A stretch of DNA of 64,000 bases from NCBI GenBank assembly GCA_963735035.1, contig CAVTJJ010000003.1, positions 864,001 to 928,000 of the forward strand, given 5' to 3'. Both the position numbers and the translations under genes were made by a program. The notes below the pieces were generated by a model that was not told the DNA's origin, did not search any database, and saw only the letters and a program-made list of their open reading frames with translations. Shown piece by piece: positions 48,801 through 58,953 of this stretch (the stretch's first letter is position 1; each line of letters opens with the position of its first letter). This stretch comes from an uncultured candidate division Zixibacteria bacterium. GTDB lineage: Bacteria; Zixibacteria; MSB-5A5; GN15; FEB-12.

Positions 48801-51315
48801 AAGACAAGGTTCTCGAGACTATCACACGCGATATACCTGAAAACACTGCCGAGATCGAACTGCCAGTCAAGTCTGACTACTTCCCTAATGTATATATCAC
48901 AGCGGCGGTAGTACGAGGCGCGAACGACCTTGAGCCGAATATGCCCGTCCGCGCGTTCGGGGTGATGCCACTTCGAATGCAGACCGACAGCAAGCGCCTT
49001 AACATCACTATGACCGCTCCGCAGGTGGTCAAGCCGAAGAGCGGCATCACGGTCAATCTGCAGATCAACCGGCCGAAGGTTACCCAGTTGACTCTGGCCG
49101 CAGTCGACGCCGGTATTCTCCAACTGACCGATTTTGTCACACCAGATCCAATGGAGTTCTTCTACGGCAAGAAGCAACCCCGCCTCAATCCGTACGATAT
49201 GTATGCGCTCATCTATCCGCACGTCGATCAGGCTACGAACCAGATCAGACCGGGCGGTGACAAGATGTTCGCCGCCGGACGTAAGCGGCATTTGAACCCG
49301 ATCACGGCTCGACGGGTGAAGCCGGTTGCTCTTTGGTCGGGCCTGATTCAAACCGACCCGAACGGCCAGGCGACCGCTTCGTTTACGCTGCCTGAATTCA
49401 ACGGCAAACTCGTCCTGATGGCGGTGGCGGCGCAGGACGATCTCTTTGGTTCCGCAACCGGCGAAATCACCGTGCGTGACAAGATCGTTTTGCAGGAGAG
49501 TTTCCCGCGTTTCGTCAGTCCGAACGATGTGTTCGTCGGCCTGGTCACGGTATTCAACAACACCGGCCAGAAGGCGGACATCACGGTCACTGCCACTCCG
49601 TCCGGGCCGGTCACACTCATCTCCCCTGCGACTGAAAGCATCACACTCGAAAACAATCGCGAAGGTAATATTGAGTTCCGATGCAAAGCCGGCGAGAGTA
49701 CCGGGCAAGATACAATTCACAATTGCAGGGGAAGCAACCGGCGAACAGGCCTCTCTTTCTATCGAGCTGGCGAATCGTCCGGCCCAGCCGCTGTCATTAA
49801 CTTATGGAGCAGGTGTCGCTACCCGCACCAAGGCTGCTGAATTCACGTTCCCCGGCAACTGGCTCAAGGGCACCGACCAGTACGTGCTGAAGACTTCGTC
49901 CATCCCGGCGGTATCGTTTGCCCGTAATGTGCAGTACCTGCTGTCGTATCCGTACGGCTGCCTGGAACAGACCACCTCAAGAATATTTCCGCTGCTCTAT
50001 TTCAATGATCTCGTCAAGGTAGTCGAGCCCTCGATGTTCGGTGGTCACGGGCCTCAATATTTCATCCAGGAGGGTATCCAGCGCCTGAACAGCATGTTCC
50101 TTCCAGACAAGTCCTTCTCGTTCTGGCCGAGCGGGAATTACAGCAACAACTGGTCGACCATCTATGCATCACACTGCATCTCCGAAGCTTCTCGCGCCGG
50201 CTACTATGTTGACAAGAAATTCCTTTCGGATATCTATGACCATCTGGAGGACATGGCCCAGGGCAAGAGTGCCCAGGATCTTACCGATGTCCATCGTGTC
50301 TACGCTGCGTATGTCCTCGCGCAAGCCGACAAACTGCCGCAGCGCGTGGTGTCCTATCTGAAGAATCTCGATCCCTCGACCCTTCAGCCGTATACCCGCT
50401 ACCAGTTGGCGGCCGCGCTCGCGCTGAGCGGAAATATGAGCGAAGCGATGAAACTCATCCCTGCTTCAATCCAACCGAACCTGTTCGAACCGGAGACCGG
50501 CGGAAACTTCAATTCGGGAACGCGCACCGATGCGATCTTGCTGGAGCTGCTCCTGGCGATCTCGCCGGAGGATCCGTCGATTGAAGTGTTGGCCAGGTCA
50601 TTGATGCAGCGGTCGTCGTTAAATCAATGGTACACGACCCAGGACAATGCCTTCGCCCTCATGGCGCTCGGCAAGTATTTCAAACAAAAGTCCAGTTTCG
50701 CGTTCAAAGGTCAAATCATCATCGACGGCGACAAGAGCTACCGGATCGACTCAGTCCGGGTTTAGTCTTACCCGCGACGACCTGGCAGGACGCAAAGTGT
50801 CGCTGTCGGTCAACGAAGGCGACGGATCCTGTTTCTACTACTGGCAGGCCAGCGGCATTCCGACGTCGTCCACTATCGAGGAATTCGATCACGGCATGGT
50901 TGTGCGAAGACAGTATCTTGATGAAAACGGCCAGCCAATCAATCTGGACAGCGTGCCTCTGGGCACTCAGATCGTGGCGGTAATTTCTGCCAAAGCAATC
51001 GACAAGCGACTGGATTACGTCGTCATCAATGATCTGCTTCCTGCCGGCTTCGAAGTTGAGAATCCGCGCCTGAAGACCACCCCCCGCTTGTCATGGGTGC
51101 CTTCCCAGGCGCAGTCGGCCGAGTACATGGACATTCGCGATGATCGTTTGCTGATCTTCACGTCGCTCAATCCCGGCTACGAAGCGAAGTTCTATTACAG
51201 CTTGCGGGCCACTTGCGCCGGCGAATTCAAAGTGCCGCCGGTGGCGGCTGAGTGTATGTACAACCCGCTCATGGCCAGCTCATCGTCCTCCGGTGCGGTG
51301 ACTATTGTGCGCTAG
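45832..51315 (+). CDS. yfhM: Bacterial alpha-2-macroglobulin, three +1 frameshifts
   Basis: DRGVYRPGD, FQVEEFMPDR, AAVDAGILQLT, thioester YPYGCLEQ, DLLPAGFEVEN and AECMY across four ORF pieces. Shifts near 46170, 49700 and 50755. Confidence 0.88.
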
Positions 51316-51329
51316 TCAGAGATGTGACC

Positions 51330-53675
51330 ATGAAACTCGTCGACATAAGACAATGGTGGCAAAACAGGGGGCGTCGGACGCGACGCCTTCTGTTGTCGGG
51401 CGCGACTGTCGTCTTCGTTCTGGCCGCACTCAACTGGGTTGTCTTCCCTCTGCCCAAGCATCTACTGAAACGCTCCGGCTCGGCATTTGTCTACAGTCGC
51501 GACGGTCAACTGTTGAATTGCTTTACTTCTTCAGATCGATTCTGGCGCAAGCCGGTGAAGCTTGACGCAACTGTCACCCCTGCTGGTGAAGAGCGTTCTG
51601 GTCTGTGAGGATCGCTGGTACTACTGGCATCCGGGGTTCAATCCGGTGTCACTGGTAGAAGCGACGATTGACAACGTTCAGGCGGGGCGGTTTGTTCGCG
51701 GCGGATCGACGCTCACTATGCAGATCGCGCGCATGATCGAGCCGAAAGAACGTACGCTGCCTAACAAGCTTCTCGAGATATGCCGCGCCGTGCAGTTGGA
51801 ATTGAGTTATTCCAAGGATGATCTTCTCGAGATGTATTTCAATCTCGCGCCGTACGGCGGCAATATCGAAGGGATCGGCGCCGCGGCTTATCTCTATTTC
51901 GGCAAGAGCCCCGATCGATTGTCGATGTCGGAAGTTGCCGTGCTGACCGCCCTCCCGGCCTCGCCTACGAAACTTCGCCCGGACCGCGACCTGAACGCTT
52001 GCCTCGCCCGGCGTAATATGGTGCTCGTCCGACTGCGCGACGAGAAGCTAATTACGAAGAGCGAGTACGAGCAGGCGCTGCGTGAAGAAGTGCCGGTCTT
52101 ACGGGTCAGTCCGGTCGTATCGGCGCCTCACTTCTGCCAGAGCGTGTTGGCCGCCCATCCGGACGAATCAGAGATTCACTCCACTCTCGACTACAGCATT
52201 GCAGGTGACCTGCGAGCGACTGGCGCGCAACTACCAGATTGGCTTGGCTTCGAAAGGAATCCAGAATCTGGCCCTGGTTGTTCTAGACAATCGCTACCGG
52301 CGAACTGCGCGCGATGGTCGGTTCAGCCGATTTCGCCGACGTCGATAATCATGGGCAGGTAAACGGGGCACTGGCTCCACGCTCACCCGGCTCGGCGCTC
52401 AAGCCGTTTGTCTATGCTCTGGGATTCGACAAGGGTCTGATTTCGCCGGCACTGAAAGTCGAAGATCTGCCGATCAGTTACGCTGGTTATATTCCAGTCA
52501 ATTACGACGAGCAGTATCATGGGGTAGTTTCTGTATCCGAGGCGCTCATACAATCCCTCAATGTCCCGGCCGTGAATCTCACGGCTAAAGTCGGTCTTGG
52601 AGAAATGTGCAATTTACTCCGCACAGGTGGCATCACAACGCTCACGCGCAAACCGAATGAATACGGTCTGCCGCTGATTCTCGGCTCATGCGAAGTAAAT
52701 CTTCTTGAGTTGAGCAACCTCTATGCATCTCTCGCCCGCGGCGGTCTTAGCCTGCCGGTGAAATTCACGTTAGATGCTCCGTCGGGCCAGCCGGTCAGAC
52801 TGTTCTCAGAAGAAGCCAGCTTTCTTGTGGCGGAGATTCTGGCGGAATTGAAACGACCGGATTTGCCGAGCAGTTGGGAATTTACAGTCGACCTGCCGAA
52901 ACTCGCCTGGAAGACCGGCACATCCTACGGCCGCAAAGACGCCTGGGCGATCGGCTACGATCCGGATTTCACGGTCGGGGTCTGGGCGGGGAATTTCTCG
53001 GCCGAAGGCTCGATTGCGATTGTCGGCGCTGAAGCCGCCGCGCCGCTCATGTTCGATGTCTTCGCCACCCTCAAACCTGATGGCACCGACTCCTGGTTCA
53101 AGATGCCGTCAGGAATCGACGAACGCTCGGTCTGTGCGGTCAGCGGCCAGGTCAACTCGGAGGCTTGCCCGGATGCCATCGGCGAACACTACATCGTGGG
53201 AGTCTCGTCGAACACAAAGTGCACGGTTCATCAAACGATTCTTGTCGATACGAACTCCGGCTACACGGTCTGTCGCGGTTGTGCGATAGCGGGTCACAGC
53301 ACAGAAACAACGGTGGAGAACTGGCCGCCCCGGCTGGCAGCATGGTTGGCCGGAAAGGGCATCGTCAATTTCCAACCGCCCCACAACCCGGAATGTCGCG
53401 GTGAGCTGGCGGGCGACGGACCGGTGATCGTCTCGCCCGAGCGCGACGCGATTTATTCCCTTCGGGCGAGTGCCCCGAAAGAGTATCAGCACATTCTCTT
53501 TCAAGCCTCGTTGCCTTTGGACAGCCGCCAGGCGCATTGGTTTGTCGACGGTCAATTGTTCGCGACGGCGCCTTCGGACAGCTGCGTATTCTATCTGCCG
53601 GAAAAGGGACGTCATCACGTGATGTGTATTGATTCGTATGGTCGTTCGGCGAGCGTGAATATACAGGTGCAGTGA
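51330..53675 (+). CDS. pbpC: Penicillin-binding protein 1C, three +1 frameshifts
   Basis: EDRWYYWHPG, GGSTLTMQ, SPGSALKPF, SLN and KTGTS motifs, directly after A2M. Shifts near 51565, 52200 and 52295. Confidence 0.88.
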
Positions 53676-53795
53676 GAGGGGCGACCTTTGGAGCGAGGTT
53701 TACTCGGTGTTCTCGCTCGTCTGAGCCGTGATGTGTTCTCCTAGTTTGCTGAACTACGACAGGCAAGGAATAGATGAGAAGAACGGCCGTAAGGC

Positions 53796-54446
53796 CGTCA
53801 CCCCGGTGCAAACCGGGGCCCAGTTGTGATTGCATGAAAGCAAGAGTCAAGGTTCGCAGTGATGCTTGCAGAAGGGATTTGCACACTCACCGTTCTCAAT
53901 TCCAACTTGGCTATCTGAAGAGATCCTCATACAGATCACGCCAGCCCGGATTGACACGTTCGATCATATTGATCTTAATCATACGCTTTCGTTCTTTTCA
54001 CCGCTTTGCCGCCATTATGGCTTCTCGAATGTCCGCATGATACTCATAATAGACCAACAACTTAACCCCATATCGTGCTGTGAATCCGGGAATGAGGCCT
54101 TGGCGGTGTGCCTCCACGCGCTGAGTCAAGTTTGTGGTAACGCCTACATAGAGAGTACCATTTCGTCGACTGGCCATTATGTACACATATGCTGGCTTCA
54201 TAATGTTTGCGGCTGTGCTCAATACAGCACATTGCCGCATAACCTCTGGTCTGGTGACACTTGGGTCAACTTTGTCCGAGAGATTGACGCATAGTGGACT
54301 GACAGGGTGTGTCAGTGATAATCGAAAGATGTCAGGAAATTGACCGATAGCAGATTAAGAGAAGAATCCCTTCGCAGGATCCGTAAGAACATCCGCGCCA
54401 TAACCCTTGCCAACACAACTGGGTCCCGACTTTCGTCGGGATGACG
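53796..54446. mobile_element. GIY-YIG nuclease cassette bounded by 33-bp imperfect inverted CGTC-type hairpin repeats
   Basis: 53796-53828 reads CGTCACCCCGGTGCAAACCGGGGCCCAGTTGTG. The reverse complement of 54414-54446 reads CGTCATCCCGACGAAAGTCGGGACCCAGTTGTG. Confidence 0.6.
53911..54201 (-). pseudogene. Small GIY-YIG nuclease with an internal TGA
   Basis: MKPAYVYIMAS..NGTLYVGVT.NL..RV..H...AAKR*KERKRMIKINMIERVNPGWRDLY. In-frame stop at 53998-54000, and the conserved REK motif is degenerate. Confidence 0.75.
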
Positions 54447-54519
54447 GGTCTGCGACCCGTCAATCTATTCAGGTGTCATACTTGTTTCTTTGTCATGTCG
54501 GCGGTTCAGGCGCTGTAGC

Positions 54520-55836
54520 TCACAACCCCAGCTTCTTCATCTTCTTGTACAAGTGCGAACGTTCCAAACCAAGCTGGCGCGCGGCCTCAGCGATGTTGCC
54601 GGAATTGCGATCGATTGTCGCTCTGATATGCGCACGCTCCGATCGTTCCATTGCGTCCTTCAGAGAAGTCGCTTCGTCGACCGGCAACTGCGGAAGAAAC
54701 GGTGCCAGGTCGCGTGCCGAGAGTGTCAGACTATCGCAGTAGATGTTCACCCGTTCGATCAGATTCTTCAACTCACGCACGTTGCCACGAAATGGCAAAC
54801 GCTGTAAGGCCGCGATCGCGTCCGGCTCGAGCCGCTTCCCCCCCACACCGGATTCGACTGCAAAGCGGCGAAGAAAGTGCTCGGCCAGAATCTGAATATC
54901 GGTCGGTCGCTCTCTCAGCGGCGGCAGCGACAATGTCACGACATTGAGGCGATAGTACAAATCCTGGCGAAACTTACCGGCAGCCACCATTTGCTCCAGG
55001 TCGCGATTCGAGGCAGCTATGATCACACAGTCAATCGTAATCACTTTGTCCGACCCGACCGGTGTTACCTGGCGCGTTTCGATCACGCGCAGAATCTTCG
55101 CCTGAGCCTCGGCCGGCATCTCGCTGATTTCATCGAGAAAGATCGTCCCATGATCGGCTTCGACAAACCGTCCAGCCCGATCATTCGCCGCACCGGTGAA
55201 CGCTCCCTTGACATGCCCGAACAATTCCGACTCGACCAATTCCGACGGCAGCGCGGCGCAGTTAACCGCGATAAACGGCCCGTCGACATTGCGACTGTGG
55301 CGATGAATCATGTGCGCGGCCAATTCCTTGCCGGTGCCGTTCTCTCCCAGGATCAGAAATCGCTTGGCGCGTGGCGCCGAGCGAACGATTTCATCGCGCA
55401 GTTTCTTGATAGGCTCCGACTCGCCGATCAGGTCGCCATAGACAATGTCGGCCAGTCGCACTTTTTCCGAGCGCAGACGGGTGGTGCGGGTGGCATTATC
55501 GAGTGTGATCAGGATCCGGTCGAGTGAAAGCGGCTTTTCGATAAAATCGTACGCCCCCAGATGAATCGCCTGGACCGCCGTATCGATATCGGCATTGCCG
55601 GAAATCATGACCACATTGGTCTCGGGACTGCGCGTTTGAATCTCTTTCAGCAGATCAATTCCCGAACCGTCGCCAAGGAACACGTCGAGGAATACCAGGT
55701 CGAAGATCGCTCGTGCGTATTGCTGACCCTGGGCAAAACTATCGACGGTGACACAATCATGCCCGCGCTTGCTCAGGGCGTCCTTCAGCGAACTTCGGAT
55801 GCTCGCCTCGTCATCTATTATCAACACGCGCGCCAT
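54520..55836 (-). CDS. Sigma54-dependent NtrC/NtrX-type response regulator
   Basis: REC domain, GENGTGKE, GAFTGA, FLDEI, FRQDLYYRL and a C-terminal Fis-type HTH. Confidence 0.93.
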   Translation of the reverse strand: MARVLIIDDEASIRSSLKDALSKRGHDCVTVDSFAQGQQYARAIFDLVFLDVFLGDGSGIDLLKEIQTRSPETNVVMISGNADIDTAVQAIHLGAYDFIEKPLSLDRILITLDNATRTTRLRSEKVRLADIVYGDLIGESEPIKKLRDEIVRSAPRAKRFLILGENGTGKELAAHMIHRHSRNVDGPFIAVNCAALPSELVESELFGHVKGAFTGAANDRAGRFVEADHGTIFLDEISEMPAEAQAKILRVIETRQVTPVGSDKVITIDCVIIAASNRDLEQMVAAGKFRQDLYYRLNVVTLSLPPLRERPTDIQILAEHFLRRFAVESGVGGKRLEPDAIAALQRLPFRGNVRELKNLIERVNIYCDSLTLSARDLAPFLPQLPVDEATSLKDAMERSERAHIRATIDRNSGNIAEAARQLGLERSHLYKKMKKLGL

Positions 55837-57479
55837 CAGTCTTGCGGAAGCCGGACGGTCACTTCCGCGCCTCCTTCCCTGCGGTTGTTCAGTTCGATGT
55901 GACCACCGTGATCGTGGACGATCCTCTGGCAGATAGCCAGGCCGAGTCCTGAGCCGCTCTTCTTAGTCGACAAGTAAGGTTCAAACTGCCGGGCGAGAAC
56001 ATTCTCGGAGAAACCGGGGCCGTTATCGGCGACGTTTATGAGCAGCGCTTTCTCATCGTCCGCGAGAGTCACTCTTACCTTCGAAGACTCGCCGGCTTCG
56101 AGACTATTCTTGATAAGATTGACCAATAGCTGTGTGATCATATCGGGATCTATTTGAACAGAGGTGCGCGCCATGTGCCGGTCAATGGACAAGCGCCCAC
56201 CCACAATCTCTGACTGGTAAAGCGTCTGCAGTTTCTCTACCAATGTCCCTGGTGGCACACTAAGGAGTTCCGGCGGTTTCATACGGGCGAAGGCTACAAA
56301 TTCATCGAGCAGGCGTGTCAGGCGATTGACTTCGCTCTTGATCAGGCGCGTGCTGGTGTCAAGCGTCTGATCGAATCCGGGCAGCCGCTCCTGATACGAC
56401 CGCCTCAAGTCATCGGCGCTCAGACCAATCGGCGTGAGTGGATTCTTGATTTCATGGGCGATCTTCCGCGCCATCGACTGCCACGCCGCGATCTTCTCGG
56501 TGGTTGCTAGCCGTTCCTGTGACAGCCGGAGCTTGCGAGTCATCTCGCTGAACGAATCGGCTAAGTGCGAAAACTCGCCTTCCGAATACGCCATCACCGT
56601 CGTGTCCAGATCGCCCGAGGCCACTCGCCCGAAAGCACCCATTAGGTTTTCGAACTCCCGGCGCATTCTGACCGAGATGAATATCCCCAGCGCCACGGCG
56701 GCGAGGACCGATGCAAGCGCCACGAGACTGATTGCGTTGGTAAACGAAGCCATTGCTGCACTCTTGTCGGGCGGCTCAAATTTGGCCAGCACCGAATAGC
56801 CGGCTTGACTGTCGGCGAGTAACACCGCCTGCAGGGTATCCCTCTCCCGGTACATCGTGCCGCTCGTGGCATCTGATTGCCGGGAAGAACCCATCGTATC
56901 TTGAACGATCGCGATCTCTATGCGCCCGCGCAAAAGTTTCTCTGCGGTGGGGATGAAACGCCGTTCGAGATAATATCCGCCATAGAGATAATAGCTGTTG
57001 ATTCCTTTTCGAGTGCCTGTAACGGCCGCATGGGCTCCTTCAATATCATACTCCACAGTTTGCCACTGTCGGGTACTGTCCCCTGCCAAAGACTTGTAGG
57101 TCTGCTCTAGTATTTCTCCGATAAGTCCAGGGCGTTCCGCCGAGGCGACAATCCGGCCGGTCGAATCTGCGATTTCGTAGAAGTCGAGCCCGAACCCACG
57201 CGCATCGGCAAACGTCACCTGCGCTGCTTTGTTGCGCTCAATGAGCTTGACCGAGCGTTCGAACCAATTACTCTGTACCGCATTCTCCAGCGCCGTGCCT
57301 AGTTGATCTTGAAGTTGCAGCCGATATTCCAGCAGCTTGCTAAGATCGGCGGCCGCTGCTTCCCGATAACGCGTCTCTTCCTGTCTGGACGAATAGGTAT
57401 ACACCACCATCATCATCAAGACAGGCGGCAGGAGCGCTACCGCGATCAAGATCAATCGTATTCGGGACGTGAAACTCAT
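55836..57479 (-). CDS. NtrY-like HAMP sensor histidine kinase
   Basis: Two TM segments, HAMP, AAWQSMARKIAHEIKNPLTPI, DNGPG and GSGLGL. Overlaps both neighbours. Confidence 0.9.
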   Translation of the reverse strand: MSFTSRIRLILIAVALLPPVLMMMVVYTYSSRQEETRYREAAAADLSKLLEYRLQLQDQLGTALENAVQSNWFERSVKLIERNKAAQVTFADARGFGLDFYEIADSTGRIVASAERPGLIGEILEQTYKSLAGDSTRQWQTVEYDIEGAHAAVTGTRKGINSYYLYGGYYLERRFIPTAEKLLRGRIEIAIVQDTMGSSRQSDATSGTMYRERDTLQAVLLADSQAGYSVLAKFEPPDKSAAMASFTNAISLVALASVLAAVALGIFISVRMRREFENLMGAFGRVASGDLDTTVMAYSEGEFSHLADSFSEMTRKLRLSQERLATTEKIAAWQSMARKIAHEIKNPLTPIGLSADDLRRSYQERLPGFDQTLDTSTRLIKSEVNRLTRLLDEFVAFARMKPPELLSVPPGTLVEKLQTLYQSEIVGGRLSIDRHMARTSVQIDPDMITQLLVNLIKNSLEAGESSKVRVTLADDEKALLINVADNGPGFSENVLARQFEPYLSTKKSGSGLGLAICQRIVHDHGGHIELNNRREGGAEVTVRLPQD

Positions 57480-58714
57480 CGAACGACTCCCGTTCGCGCT
57501 TCGGGAAGCCGTACGATTATGGCCCGGCTGCAATCAACGCGCCCCTCAGGAGTGATAGTAGCATTCCTCAGGCACTTGTGCGTGTGGACATGCAGCATTG
57601 GACGAAATAGCGGAAAGAGACCGATATCCTCGGACATGATCCGGCTGACCGTTTCGAGATGGCGGCTGCTGTCCTCAGCGTTGAGAGATCCTACCAGTCC
57701 GGACAATTCCAGCCGGATCCGTCGAAGATACTCCGCCGGTGACGTTCCGCCGACACTGTCGCGCACCATCAGGCCCAACAGCGTATCCATGACCAGCCTC
57801 GGTGAGGCCTCACTGTATGGGACGAACTCAATGCTGAGGTCGGCGAGACCGCGGTCATGGGTGACTTCAACTGCGCACCGATCGCGGGACAGCATATCGG
57901 CAAAATATCGCGTGATGCCGTCCAGCGCCGGGTGACCGGAATACAACCTAATCCGCGACGGCCGCTTCGACAGTCGCTCAAACAGTCTCTTCCCGCGCGA
58001 CGGGTCAAAATCGTACCAACGAGGGAGTGTCGTCGAACTGGACGATGATGCGTAGAGACGATTTACCGGGGAAATCTCACCACCCTTGAAACAGAGCGCC
58101 AATCGACTATCGTCGAAACGGTAGTAGAGCGAGGTCGTCAGCTCCCCATGATAATTGAACGCTTTCCCGATCTGGGGGACTATGACTGCAACGAAGGGAC
58201 TGGGCGCCTCCAGTGTATTCGTGTCCCCGGCAGGAGGATCTACATCGTACAGTGTGACGATGGCATCAAGTTGCCCAGCGGCAAAGTCGTCGCGCATGGC
58301 GTCGACATCTTCGTATTCCGTCCAACGGACACGATCATTGAGAGGGATATCCCCTCTCAGAGGAAGACTGTAGAAATCGGAGCCGATTGTGATCGTCTGC
58401 AGGCTGTCCACTTCGGCCTGCGCAATGACCGCTTCGAGACCGGTCAGTGAAACAGTGTCGAGAAATCCCTTAGTCGGTGCGCTGACCGAGATGCCCTTCC
58501 AACTATGTTCGATAAGACCGGAGTAGACGATGATACCGTTTCTTACAATTCTAAACGGCGTGTTTTCGAAGATGAGTGCTTCTTCGCCGGCCGGGAAATA
58601 GAGTCGGTCCTGCCTCAGTTCAAATGCGGGTGTGCGCCACTCGGCCGCATGGAGCGTGACTGAAACCAGTATCCCCACACAGAGCACTAACCCAATTTTT
58701 GATCCCACGCGCAT
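57476..58714 (-). CDS. Exported protein, weakly resembling a family 5 solute-binding protein; translationally coupled to the kinase
   Basis: Signal peptide. FAAGQLDAI, FDPSRGKRL and LFPLF segments are reminiscent of SBP_bac_5. Confidence 0.45.
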   Translation of the reverse strand: MRVGSKIGLVLCVGILVSVTLHAAEWRTPAFELRQDRLYFPAGEEALIFENTPFRIVRNGIIVYSGLIEHSWKGISVSAPTKGFLDTVSLTGLEAVIAQAEVDSLQTITIGSDFYSLPLRGDIPLNDRVRWTEYEDVDAMRDDFAAGQLDAIVTLYDVDPPAGDTNTLEAPSPFVAVIVPQIGKAFNYHGELTTSLYYRFDDSRLALCFKGGEISPVNRLYASSSSSTTLPRWYDFDPSRGKRLFERLSKRPSRIRLYSGHPALDGITRYFADMLSRDRCAVEVTHDRGLADLSIEFVPYSEASPRLVMDTLLGLMVRDSVGGTSPAEYLRRIRLELSGLVGSLNAEDSSRHLETVSRIMSEDIGLFPLFRPMLHVHTHKCLRNATITPEGRVDCSRAIIVRLPEARTGVVR

Positions 58715-58753
58715 TCTTGATCTCCTGGGCAGAACTTAAGTCAACAAACCGCC

Positions 58754-58834
58754 TGTGTCAATCCAGACACATGTAATTTCTTATTATACAACGGAATAGC
58801 CGCCCGCACTTCAGATTGTGTCTGAATGGACACG
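58754..58834. promoter_or_regulatory. Two palindromic enhancer (bEBP UAS) sites, TGTGTC-N6-GACAC
   Basis: TGTGTCAATCCAGACACA (58754-58771) and TGTGTCTGAATGGACACG (58817-58834), 63 bp apart. Confidence 0.6.
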
Positions 58835-58898
58835 GTTCGGCACGTCATTCGAACCCTTCCAAATGCTTATGTCGCTGTGTCGCAAGTGCTTACGTTAG

Positions 58899-58914
58899 TG
58901 GCACAAGGTTTGTA
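58899..58914 (+). promoter_or_regulatory. Sigma54 -24/-12 promoter
   Basis: TGGCAC-AAGGT-TTGTA against the consensus TGGCAC-N5-TTGCW, about 40 nt before the ATG at 58954. Confidence 0.7.
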
Positions 58915-58953
58915 TTGACCCGAATCAGCAATTTAACCAAAGGAGAATAGGAT

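Noticed and set aside
45832..53675. Programmed frameshifting or true pseudogenes in A2M, pbpC, norB and DUF1259
   Set aside because: Each gene has several shifts, all +1, with no shared slippery motif and intact catalytic residues. Sequencing error is more parsimonious.
53998..54000. Selenocysteine or recoded TGA in the GIY-YIG ORF
   Set aside because: The position is not a Cys or Trp site in this family, neighbouring conserved residues are also degenerate, and TGA is a normal stop elsewhere in the window.
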